Assembly: GCA_963822445.1 (NCBI GenBank)
Contig: CAWGHO010000002.1
Coordinates: 1,248,001-1,312,000 of the forward strand
Direction of reading: 5' to 3'
From: an uncultured Acidobacteriota bacterium
GTDB lineage: Bacteria > Acidobacteriota > Thermoanaerobaculia > Gp7-AA8
DNA: 64,000 nucleotides
Of this stretch, positions 10,266-18,277 are shown piece by piece. Position 1 is the first letter of the stretch. Each line of letters begins with the position of its first letter. The notes beneath the pieces are model-generated. The model saw only the letters and a list, made by a program, of their open reading frames with translations, ran no database searches and was not told where the DNA came from. The translations under genes and the position numbers were made by a program.

Positions 10266-10487
10266 ATGACCGATTACCAAATCAACATCTTCCACGGCGA
10301 GGAGGATGGCGGTTATATCGCCGACATTCCTGATCTCGACGCTTGCTCTGCGTTCGGTGCAACTCCGGACCAGGCTCTCGCCGAGGTAGAACGCGACAAA
10401 TCGGCCTGGCTCGCAGCGGCGCGCGACGGCGGCAAGCCAATCCCGGAACCTCGATACAGGCCCGTTATTTACCAGGTCCGAAGCTGA
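10266..10487 (+). CDS. HicB-family antitoxin, short orphan
   Basis: EEDGGYIADIPDLDACSAFGATPDQAL...GKPIPEP is the HicB N-terminal signature. Confidence 0.85.
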   Translation: MTDYQINIFHGEEDGGYIADIPDLDACSAFGATPDQALAEVERDKSAWLAAARDGGKPIPEPRYRPVIYQVRS

Positions 10488-11461
10488 TGCACAGTTCCCC
10501 CATCCCCGAATCCCACCCCTGCTTCGAGTACATCCGCCTCACGGACTCCGTGCCCGCCTCGCAACGCGACTGCATCGACATCGCGCTGCTGGACATGAAT
10601 CACTCCTGGCCGAATGTCGGGCACCACGCGCTGGTGCACGCGGTTCAGAAGACGGCCCAGGAGCTGCGCGAGGAGCTGGGGAAGATCAACGCGAAGGTTC
10701 GCGTGCTGTCGTACGACGTGCGCCGGCAGAACCTGATCCCGGAATCGCCGAACGGCCGCTTTCAGATTTACATCGGCACGGGCGGGCCGGGGCATCTCGA
10801 CCCGCGCCTGAACGACGGCATCAGCGAGACCAGTCAGGGCGTCGACGAAACGGATGCGTGGGAGAAGCCGCTGTTCCGCCTGTTCGACGACATCCTCGCC
10901 TCACGCACCGCGGCGATGCTCGCGATCTGCCACTCGTTCGGACTGGTATGCCGCTGGTCCGAGATCGCCCGCCCTGAGTTACGCCCCGAGAAGAGCTCGG
11001 GGATGCCGCTCAATCGCCTGTCACGCGAAGCACTGAATCATCCCTGGTTCGAGCAGTTCGCGCGCGAGCTTCCCGATCATCAGCATTTCCGCGTGGTGGA
11101 CAATCGTCTGTTCGATCTGATGCTGGAAAGCCCCGGCAAGAGCGCGCCGATCGCGTTCGAAGCCGCGGGCAGCACGGCGTTGACGATGGTGGAACTGGCC
11201 CGCGACCCGGAAGGCACGATGCCCCGGTTTCTCGGCGTGAATCATCATCCGGAGATCATCGACCGCGATCACATCATGCAGGTCCTCGACGCGAAACGCG
11301 CCCAGGGCGAGGTGAGCGATCAGTGGTACGAGGAACGCGCGGTGACGATGCGCGATCTGTTTCACGGGGAGCCGGAACGCCAGAGCCGCCTGACGTCGCA
11401 GTTCACGCTGCTGGCGCCTTTGCGCTTCCATCTCGAACGCGTGATTCGCGAGCGTTCCTAG
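10487..11461 (+). CDS. Class I glutamine amidotransferase-like protein
   Basis: GGPG oxyanion loop, AICHSFG nucleophile Cys, NHHPE His-Glu; TGATG overlap with hicB. Confidence 0.7.
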   Translation: MHSSPIPESHPCFEYIRLTDSVPASQRDCIDIALLDMNHSWPNVGHHALVHAVQKTAQELREELGKINAKVRVLSYDVRRQNLIPESPNGRFQIYIGTGGPGHLDPRLNDGISETSQGVDETDAWEKPLFRLFDDILASRTAAMLAICHSFGLVCRWSEIARPELRPEKSSGMPLNRLSREALNHPWFEQFARELPDHQHFRVVDNRLFDLMLESPGKSAPIAFEAAGSTALTMVELARDPEGTMPRFLGVNHHPEIIDRDHIMQVLDAKRAQGEVSDQWYEERAVTMRDLFHGEPERQSRLTSQFTLLAPLRFHLERVIRERS

Positions 11462-11602
11462 TTGCAACAGGGAACGACCGGGAGGCCTCCGGCGGGCCGG
11501 CACGGCCGGCAGCGCTGATGTTTGCGTAAACGCGATTCGCGCTAGATACCGTGAGCACGGCAGAAGGGACAACCAGCGCTGCCGGCCCGTGGCCGGCCCG
11601 CC
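11461..11602. repeat. REP-like inverted repeat (family A): left arm plus start of right arm, interrupted by IS110
   Basis: 11461-11517 is nearly the reverse complement of 11574-11602 joined to 13144-13172. Confidence 0.88.
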
Positions 11603-11609
11603 TATAGCT

Positions 11610-11865
11610 TGTCCGGCCGTCTCTCCGCTTCTCCCTCAGCCCTCAGAGAAGTACCCGTTGGGTGGCAATCGGGAGAATCGGGTTCAGGCGGCGCGATACT
11701 GAGAAGAAGGGTTCGTCCCGCTACGAATTCCGCCCGTGTTCGGATCGACGAATCCCTCCGGACTTTCGAGCGGGACGAAGTGCTTTGGCCCGAAACGCAT
11801 TCTCAGATGCTGTCGGAGCACGACTCGACTATAGGCCTTGCGCGCGGCCAAAGCCAACCCGAAGG
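11610..11865 (+). ncRNA. Putative IS110 bridge RNA (target- and donor-binding loops); ends approximate
   Basis: Stems 11712-22/11769-79 and 11782-90/11846-54 enclose segments matching the target and donor junction sequences. Confidence 0.8.
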
Positions 11866-11874
11866 GAGGGTGTG

Positions 11875-13119
11875 ATGAGCGAGTTCGAGTTTGGGGCGTT
11901 GGTGGGACTGGATTGGGGTGACACATCGCACGAGGTGGCTCTTTGGGACGAGCAGCAGCAGACGTGCACGAACGAGCGCATCGAGCACACGCCTGCGGCT
12001 CTGCGCGCATGGATCGAAGCGCTGCAGGCGCGCTTCGGCGGGGCACCGATCGCCGTGGCCATCGAGCAGTCCCGCGGCGCGGTCTTCGACGCGCTCAGCG
12101 GCTATCCGTTCGTCACGTTGTATCCGATCAACCCACGCAGTGCAGCCCGGTATCGTGAGGCGTTTCATCCGAGCCTTTCGAAAGACGATCCGACCGACGC
12201 GGCGTCCTTGCTCGACCTGCTCCGTAAGCACCGCAACGAGCTGCGCCCGTTCATCGCCGACGACGCTTCTACGCGGCTGCTGCGGCTTCTGACCGAGGAT
12301 CGGCGGGAGCTCGTCGATCAGAGGACGCAACACGTCCAACGCATGACCGATCGGCTCAAGACGTACTACCCGCAGGCGCTCCGGTGGGCCGGCGCGTTGA
12401 TTACGGCCCAGGCCTGTGACTTCCTCGAACGCTGGCCGACGCTCGAGGCCATCCAAAGGGCTCGGCCGTCCGCGATACGGAGGTTCTATGCGGGTCATCA
12501 TCACGCGGCCGCGTGGATCGACCAGAGGCTCGCCGAGATCCGTTCAGAGGTCGCGTTCCACGACGACCAGGTCACCACTGACGCTGCCGTGCTGCTGATC
12601 GGAAGCGAGGTTGCGCAGATCCGGGCCCTCAACACGAGCATCGCCACGTACGACCAGAAGATCTCGGCGGCGTTCGCCGCCCACCAGGACGCGTCGATCT
12701 TCGCGAGCTTCCCTGGCGCCGGCCAACAGCTCGCGCCGCGGCTCGCCGCCGCCTTCGGGACCGATCGCAAGCGCTTCGGCAGCGCCGTCAACGTCGCCAC
12801 CCGAAGCGGCATCGCCCCGGTTCTCCGCCGGAGCGGCAAAACGGCGGTCGTGCACATGCGCTGGGCCTGTCCGAAGTTCCTGCGTCAGACGTTCCATGAG
12901 TACGCCCGCGTGTCGATCGGTCAGTCCGAATGGGCTCGAGCCTTCTACAAGCAGCAACGCGCGCGCGGACACAGCCACCACGAGGCTATCCGCACGCTCG
13001 CTTACCGCTGGATCCGCGTCCTTTACGCCTGCTGGAACAATCGCACCGTCTACGACGAAGCTCTCTATCTGCGGCAGCTCGCCACCCGAGGCTCAACCCT
13101 CGCCACAGCTGCTCCCTGA
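11875..13119 (+). CDS. IS110-family recombinase (DEDD RuvC-like domain plus Tnp domain)
   Basis: GLDW, AIEQ and KDDPTDA give the DEDD residues; APVLRRSGK carries the candidate catalytic Ser; RBS GGAGG before ATG 11875. Confidence 0.95.
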   Translation: MSEFEFGALVGLDWGDTSHEVALWDEQQQTCTNERIEHTPAALRAWIEALQARFGGAPIAVAIEQSRGAVFDALSGYPFVTLYPINPRSAARYREAFHPSLSKDDPTDAASLLDLLRKHRNELRPFIADDASTRLLRLLTEDRRELVDQRTQHVQRMTDRLKTYYPQALRWAGALITAQACDFLERWPTLEAIQRARPSAIRRFYAGHHHAAAWIDQRLAEIRSEVAFHDDQVTTDAAVLLIGSEVAQIRALNTSIATYDQKISAAFAAHQDASIFASFPGAGQQLAPRLAAAFGTDRKRFGSAVNVATRSGIAPVLRRSGKTAVVHMRWACPKFLRQTFHEYARVSIGQSEWARAFYKQQRARGHSHHEAIRTLAYRWIRVLYACWNNRTVYDEALYLRQLATRGSTLATAAP

Positions 13120-13120
13120 C

Positions 13121-13126
13121 TTGACA
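13121..13126 (+). promoter_or_regulatory. -35 hexamer at the IS right end; completes a promoter with TATAGC (11603-11608) in the circular form
   Basis: TTGACA followed by exactly 17 nt to the end of the CC core. Confidence 0.75.
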
Positions 13127-13143
13127 GGAAGGCTCAGATGTCC

Positions 13144-13172
13144 GGAGGCCTCCCGTCGGTCCCTGTCGCAAC
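13144..13172. repeat. Remainder of the REP right arm displaced by IS110
   Basis: GGAGGCCTCCCGTCGGTCCCTGTCGCAAC is nearly the reverse complement of 11461-11490. Confidence 0.85.
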
Positions 13173-13209
13173 CAGGAACAATCAGCAACGACACGCGTCA
13201 ATTGGACAT

Positions 13210-14376
13210 ATGCGCAGATGGACACTGGCACTTCTCCTTCTCGTCGCTTGCGCCTCCGGCACGACCCAGCCGGCGACGACCACCGCTGACATCGTCGGAA
13301 CGCGTGTCCACATCCCTGTCTCCGTCAATGGCGCCGCGCCGGCGACGTTCATCCTCGATACCGGTGCGGTCAAATCGCCCGTCGATCCGAAGTACGCCGA
13401 AACGTTGGGCATCAAGTCGCGCGGGAGCGTGACGGCGCAGGGCGCCGGCGGATCGGTGAAAGTCGGTCTCGCTTCTGACCTGCGGATGTCCTTCGCCGGC
13501 CTCAACGCCAAGGTCGAAAAGAGCCCGATGACGCCTCTTGGTGCGATCAGCCTTCGCATCGGCCAGCCCGTCCATGGCGTTCTCGGCTACGACGTCATGC
13601 GCAAGTACGTCACCGAGATCGACTACGCGAACGAGCGCGTCACCTTCCATCCGCCGTCCTTCAGGCCGCCGGCCGAGGCCGTGCGTCTGCCGATCAGGTT
13701 CGATGGACATCTGCCGCTCGTCGACGCGCGCATCACCCTGCCCGATGGCCGCGAATTACATCCGCGGCTTCTCATCGATACCGGCGCGGGCAACGGGTTG
13801 ATCCTCACACGCGCTTACGTTGCGAAGTCGAAGATCGAGATCGAGCCGACCCTCGAGATCACCGGCGGTCTTGGGGTGGGGGGCGAGACCCGCACCCGCC
13901 TCGGGCGCATCGGCAGCCTTCAACTGGCCGGGTTCACGTTCGACAACCCGCTCGCTTCCATGTCGCGCGACACACGCGGCGTGCTCGCGAGCTCAGACTT
14001 CGATGGTCTGATCGGTGGTCCGATCCTGCGGCGATTCACGCTCTACGTCGACTACCCGCGCAAAGAATTCGCGTTCCTTCCCAATGCCGCGTTCCATACG
14101 CCGATCGAAGCCGACGGCAGCGGACTCGGACTCGCGTCGCGCGACCACAAGTTCGACACGGTGGTGATCCGCGAAGTGCTTTCGAACACGCCTGCGTCCG
14201 AGGCGGATCTGCGCGTGGGAGATGAGGTCGTTGCGGTCGATGGCAAAGCGGCCGTTCCGAAGGACCTCGACGAGATCCGCGAAGCATTCAGGGAGCACGG
14301 TCGGAGCTTCAGCCTCACCATCCGCCGCGACGGATCGCAATCGACGGTGACGCTCGTCACCCGCCGGCTCATCTGA
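13210..14376 (+). CDS. Lipoprotein aspartyl protease (two retropepsin-like domains) with C-terminal PDZ
   Basis: LVAC lipobox; FILDTGA and LLIDTGA; PDZ-like TPASEADLRVGDEVVAVDG. Confidence 0.85.
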   Translation: MRRWTLALLLLVACASGTTQPATTTADIVGTRVHIPVSVNGAAPATFILDTGAVKSPVDPKYAETLGIKSRGSVTAQGAGGSVKVGLASDLRMSFAGLNAKVEKSPMTPLGAISLRIGQPVHGVLGYDVMRKYVTEIDYANERVTFHPPSFRPPAEAVRLPIRFDGHLPLVDARITLPDGRELHPRLLIDTGAGNGLILTRAYVAKSKIEIEPTLEITGGLGVGGETRTRLGRIGSLQLAGFTFDNPLASMSRDTRGVLASSDFDGLIGGPILRRFTLYVDYPRKEFAFLPNAAFHTPIEADGSGLGLASRDHKFDTVVIREVLSNTPASEADLRVGDEVVAVDGKAAVPKDLDEIREAFREHGRSFSLTIRRDGSQSTVTLVTRRLI

Positions 14377-14400
14377 CGGCGCGGATAGAATCCGCCGCGA

Positions 14401-15450
14401 ATGCCCTCTCGCGGCCTGAACATCGTCGCCATCGGCGGCGGCACCGGACTGTCGACGCTCCTGCGCGGCCTCAAGCGCTACGTCGACGCCGAGGACGGCG
14501 CGTGGAACATCGCCAACCTCGGCGCAATCGTCACCGTCACCGACGAAGGAGGCAGCTCGGGCGTTCTGCGCAACGAGTTCGCGATGCTGCCGCCGGGCGA
14601 CATCCGCAATTGCATCGTTGCGCTGGCCGAGGAAGAGCAGCTTCTCTCGAAGCTCTTCTCGTATCGCTTCGACACCGACTCCGCCCTCAAAGGCCACTCC
14701 CTCGGCAACATCCTGCTGACGGCGATGACCCACATCACCGGCAGCTTCGACAACGCCATTCTTGCGGCGGCGGAAGTTCTGGCGATCCGCGGGGAGATCT
14801 ATCCGTCGACGCTATCGGATGTTCGCATCCGCGCGACGCTCGAAGACGGGACGGAGCTCGTGGGCGAGGTGGCGATCAGCGGATCCCACATCGGCGAGCA
14901 GCCGCGGACGACCATCCGCCACTCGCGCATCACGAGGCTGGCCATCGAGCCGGCCGATGCGCGACCGACCGATCGCGCGCTGGAAGCGCTCGCGTCCGCG
15001 GACCTGATCATCATCGGCCCGGGATCGCTCTACACCTCGGTGCTGCCGAATCTCGTCATTCAGCCGCTTGCCGAAGCGTTACGCCAGGCGAAGGCGTTGC
15101 GCGTGTACATCTGCAACGTGATGACCCAGCCGAACGAGACCGACTATTACGCGGCCGAGGATCACCTGGAGGCGATCGTGGAGCACGCCGGGCTCGCGGT
15201 CGACGTCATGGTCATCAACGGGCGGCGGCCGTCGGACACGATCCTGCAGACCTACGCGGCGATGAACCAGCAACCGGTGCAGTTCGATCTCGAGAAAATC
15301 CGCGATCTCGGCGTCACCCCGTTCTTCGGCGACATCATTGCAGAGGGCGACTTCGTGCGGCACGACCCGACGGCGCTCGCGCAGACGGTGTTCCGGCTGT
15401 ACGACCGCTACGGGCGCGGGCTCGAGCGCATGAGGAGGAGTGAAGGGTGA
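14401..15450 (+). CDS. yvcK: YvcK/GlmR family UDP-GlcNAc-binding gluconeogenesis factor
   Basis: IGGGTGLS, DEGGSSG, PPGDIRNC, GPGSLYTS. Confidence 0.9.
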   Translation: MPSRGLNIVAIGGGTGLSTLLRGLKRYVDAEDGAWNIANLGAIVTVTDEGGSSGVLRNEFAMLPPGDIRNCIVALAEEEQLLSKLFSYRFDTDSALKGHSLGNILLTAMTHITGSFDNAILAAAEVLAIRGEIYPSTLSDVRIRATLEDGTELVGEVAISGSHIGEQPRTTIRHSRITRLAIEPADARPTDRALEALASADLIIIGPGSLYTSVLPNLVIQPLAEALRQAKALRVYICNVMTQPNETDYYAAEDHLEAIVEHAGLAVDVMVINGRRPSDTILQTYAAMNQQPVQFDLEKIRDLGVTPFFGDIIAEGDFVRHDPTALAQTVFRLYDRYGRGLERMRRSEG

Positions 15451-16841
15451 ACGACAACCTCGAAGTGATCATCCTGGCCGCGGGCCTCGGCACGCGCATG
15501 AAGTCAGCGACCATCAAGATCCTTCATCGCGCCGCCGGCCGGCCGATCATCGATTACGTCCTCGATCTCGCCGGCGATCTGAGCGCGGTTCCGCCGGTGA
15601 TGGTGATCGGCCATCAGCGCGAGGCCGTCCAAGGCGTGGTCGGCGATCGCGCGCGTTTCGCGGTTCAGGAAGAGCAACTCGGAACGGGACACGCGGTGTT
15701 ACAGGCCGCTTCGGTACTCGAAGCATCAGGGATCGCAGGAAAACGCATTCTCATTCTGTCCGGCGATGTCCCGCTGACGCGACCGGAGACACTGCGCCGC
15801 CTTCTCGACGAGCACGAGAGCGGCGGCAACGCGCTGACGCTTCTGACCATGCGCCTTTCCGAGCCGGCGATGTATGGGCGCATCATTCGCGACGCGAACG
15901 GCACCGTGCTGCGCATCGTCGAGGCGAAAGACGCGAATGACGACGAGAAACGAATCGACGAAGTGAACGCCGGCATTTACGTCTTCAACGGCGAGCACCT
16001 CTTCGACAACCTCCGAAACCTCGGCAATCAGAACGCGCAGGGCGAGTACTACCTCACCGATCTTCTGGCTGTTCTGCGCGAGGGCGGTCATCGCGTCGGC
16101 GCTGTGATCGCGGACGATCCCGTCGAAGCGCTGGGCGTGAACTCGCGAGCAGATCTCGCCGAAGTCGACAACGAGATTCAGCGGCGCGTCGTGCAGAAAC
16201 TGATGCGCGAGGGAGTCACGTTTCGCAATCCCTCGACCGTGGTCATCGACTCGACGGTGAAGATCGCCGCGGACACGGTGGTCTATCCGTTCGTCACGCT
16301 CGAAGGAGCGACGGAGATCGGCAAGGACTGCGTGATCGAGCCCGGCTCGCATCTCGTGAACGTTCGCATCGGCAACGGTGTACATGTGAAGACGGGCACC
16401 GTGGCCGAGGACGCGATCATCGAAGACGAGGCGAGCGTCGGACCGTATGCGCACCTGCGGCCGGGGACGCAGCTCGGGCGGAAAGTGAAGGTCGGCAATT
16501 TCGTCGAGACGAAGAAAGCGGTGTTCGGCGCGGGTGCGAAGGCATCGCATCTGTCGTACATCGGCGACGCTGAAGTCGGCGCGGACGTGAACATCGGCGC
16601 GGGCACGATCACCTGCAACTACGACGGCAAGAAGAAGTACAAGACCGTGCTCGAGGACGGCGTGTTCATCGGATCGGACACGCAGCTCGTGGCGCCGGTG
16701 CGCGTGGGCAAAGGCGCGTATGTCGGTGCGGGGTCGACGATCACCAAGGATGTGCCGGCGGGATCGCTCGCGCTGAGCAGAACGCCGCAGCGGGTGGTGG
16801 AGGGCTGGGTGGCGCGGAAGAACGAGAAGGACAAGAAGTAA
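15447..16841 (+). CDS. glmU: Bifunctional UDP-GlcNAc pyrophosphorylase / GlcN-1-P acetyltransferase
   Basis: LAAGLGTRMKS, GEYYLTD, GNFVETKK, HLSYIGDA, hexapeptide repeats. Confidence 0.97.
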   Translation: MNDNLEVIILAAGLGTRMKSATIKILHRAAGRPIIDYVLDLAGDLSAVPPVMVIGHQREAVQGVVGDRARFAVQEEQLGTGHAVLQAASVLEASGIAGKRILILSGDVPLTRPETLRRLLDEHESGGNALTLLTMRLSEPAMYGRIIRDANGTVLRIVEAKDANDDEKRIDEVNAGIYVFNGEHLFDNLRNLGNQNAQGEYYLTDLLAVLREGGHRVGAVIADDPVEALGVNSRADLAEVDNEIQRRVVQKLMREGVTFRNPSTVVIDSTVKIAADTVVYPFVTLEGATEIGKDCVIEPGSHLVNVRIGNGVHVKTGTVAEDAIIEDEASVGPYAHLRPGTQLGRKVKVGNFVETKKAVFGAGAKASHLSYIGDAEVGADVNIGAGTITCNYDGKKKYKTVLEDGVFIGSDTQLVAPVRVGKGAYVGAGSTITKDVPAGSLALSRTPQRVVEGWVARKNEKDKK

Positions 16842-16848
16842 AACGCGC

Positions 16849-18156
16849 CTACCGGCGCTCGAGCTCCACGGTCATCTTCCCGAAGTCGATCACCACGTTG
16901 AAGTTCTTGAGGAAGTTCTGGCCGATGATGCCGACGGCGTACTCCTTGTCGGCGGACGAATACATCGGCAACGTCTTGAACTTCCCGCCCCAGCGGGCGA
17001 TGCCCACTTCGATGTTCTCGATCTTCGCGCCGCGCTTCATCGTGCCGCCGAGACCCTGCAGCATGGCGTTGTGCGCACCGTAGTCGGGTTGAATCGGCAG
17101 CATGCGCAGCCGCGCTTCGTTGAGGAAGGTGATCTCCGATCCGGTGTCGAGCACGAACAGATACCAGGCCTTGCGATTCACGGCACCGTGCACGTACGGG
17201 CGGAAGTTGTAGAAGAACATGTTCTGGTCGGCGACGGGCTGGCGATCGGCTGCAGCGAGCACCTTGAAGGTCGCGCGATGTCTGTCGAAGTTGAGCTCGA
17301 GACGGAACTCCTTGAGCAGGTTCGAGCCGAGGAGGAAGTCCATGTGGAACTCGCGGCCGTCGCGCTTGCTGATCAGGAAGCGCATTTTCTCGTCGGGCAT
17401 GATCGCCACCGGCACGTTGGCGATGTGGATGCCGCCGATCTGCACCGTGTCCAGCATGCCGAAGCGGACCGGAATGGGCTCGCCCAGCAGGCCGAGAAAC
17501 GTCCCCTCGAATTTTCCGAGCGAACGGACGCGCAGCGATGAGGCGAGGCGCTCGGAGAGGATCGAAAGAACCGCGCCGGAATCGATGATCGCGTCGACGT
17601 CGTGCACGCCATTGAGCTTCACGCCGACGCGGGGAACGTCGGGGCGGCCGAAACGGAACGGAACGCGCGCGGACGTCTCTCCGCTGAATTCGTACGCGCG
17701 CGTCTGCTGCAGCGCTTCGAGGTAATTGAGATGCCAGGGGCGGATGACCAGGTCGTGCTCCCGCGCGATCTTCGCCCAGTCGAAGGCCGCTTCGAAGTTG
17801 TTGGCCATGTACTCGACCTGCGAAAGGTCCCAGGCGATCTGCGCGTACGCCGCCCGTGACCTTTCGATGTCGAGGGCCGCGCGCAGCCTCGTCCGCGCGT
17901 CGTCGAAACGCCCGGCGGCGAGATACGCTGCGCCGAGGGCGGCCAGATCGGTGGCGCTCTTGCGTTCGCGGCTGTCGACCGTCGCGGCCATTTCCATCGC
18001 CCGCAGGAAGTCGGCCTTGCGGACCATCGACGGGAGGTCGGTACCCCGATCGACGTTTGAGGGAAGGATCCGAAGCGGCGTGACGTCGACGTCGCTGTAC
18101 AGCGTGCACCCGGTCAGCGCCAGAAGCGCCGCCGCAACAGCGATCGTTTTGAGCAT
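16849..18156 (-). CDS. Lipoprotein with TPR-like region and two retropepsin-like aspartyl protease domains
   Basis: LTGC lipobox; IIDSGA and VLDTGS; GIIGQNFL. Confidence 0.8.
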   Translation of the reverse strand: MLKTIAVAAALLALTGCTLYSDVDVTPLRILPSNVDRGTDLPSMVRKADFLRAMEMAATVDSRERKSATDLAALGAAYLAAGRFDDARTRLRAALDIERSRAAYAQIAWDLSQVEYMANNFEAAFDWAKIAREHDLVIRPWHLNYLEALQQTRAYEFSGETSARVPFRFGRPDVPRVGVKLNGVHDVDAIIDSGAVLSILSERLASSLRVRSLGKFEGTFLGLLGEPIPVRFGMLDTVQIGGIHIANVPVAIMPDEKMRFLISKRDGREFHMDFLLGSNLLKEFRLELNFDRHRATFKVLAAADRQPVADQNMFFYNFRPYVHGAVNRKAWYLFVLDTGSEITFLNEARLRMLPIQPDYGAHNAMLQGLGGTMKRGAKIENIEVGIARWGGKFKTLPMYSSADKEYAVGIIGQNFLKNFNVVIDFGKMTVELERR

Positions 18157-18195
18157 GACTGTCGCGGATTCTATGGGCGCCCCGAAGGGCCGGAA

Positions 18196-18277
18196 GTCGC
18201 AAAGTCGCAAAGTCTCAGAGTCTCAAAGGTGTCGAACGGCACTGCTTTGAGACTTTGAGACTCTGCGACTCTGAGAC
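18196..18277. repeat. Inverted pair of 4x 8-mer tandem arrays
   Basis: GTCGCAAA-GTCGCAAA-GTCTCAGA-GTCTCAAA facing TTTGAGAC-TTTGAGAC-TCTGCGAC-TCTGAGAC. Confidence 0.85.

Larger units (their letters stand above)
11603..13143 (+). mobile_element. IS110-family insertion sequence, ~1541 bp, CC core at both junctions
   Basis: IS110 transposase; no terminal inverted repeats; removing 11603-13143 restores the REP arm CCGGCCCG-CC-GGAGGCCTCCC. Confidence 0.92.

Noticed and set aside
11662-11874. 71-aa N-terminal extension of the IS110 ORF
   Set aside because: The region is the structured non-coding end; the RBS and DEDD-domain start point to ATG 11875.
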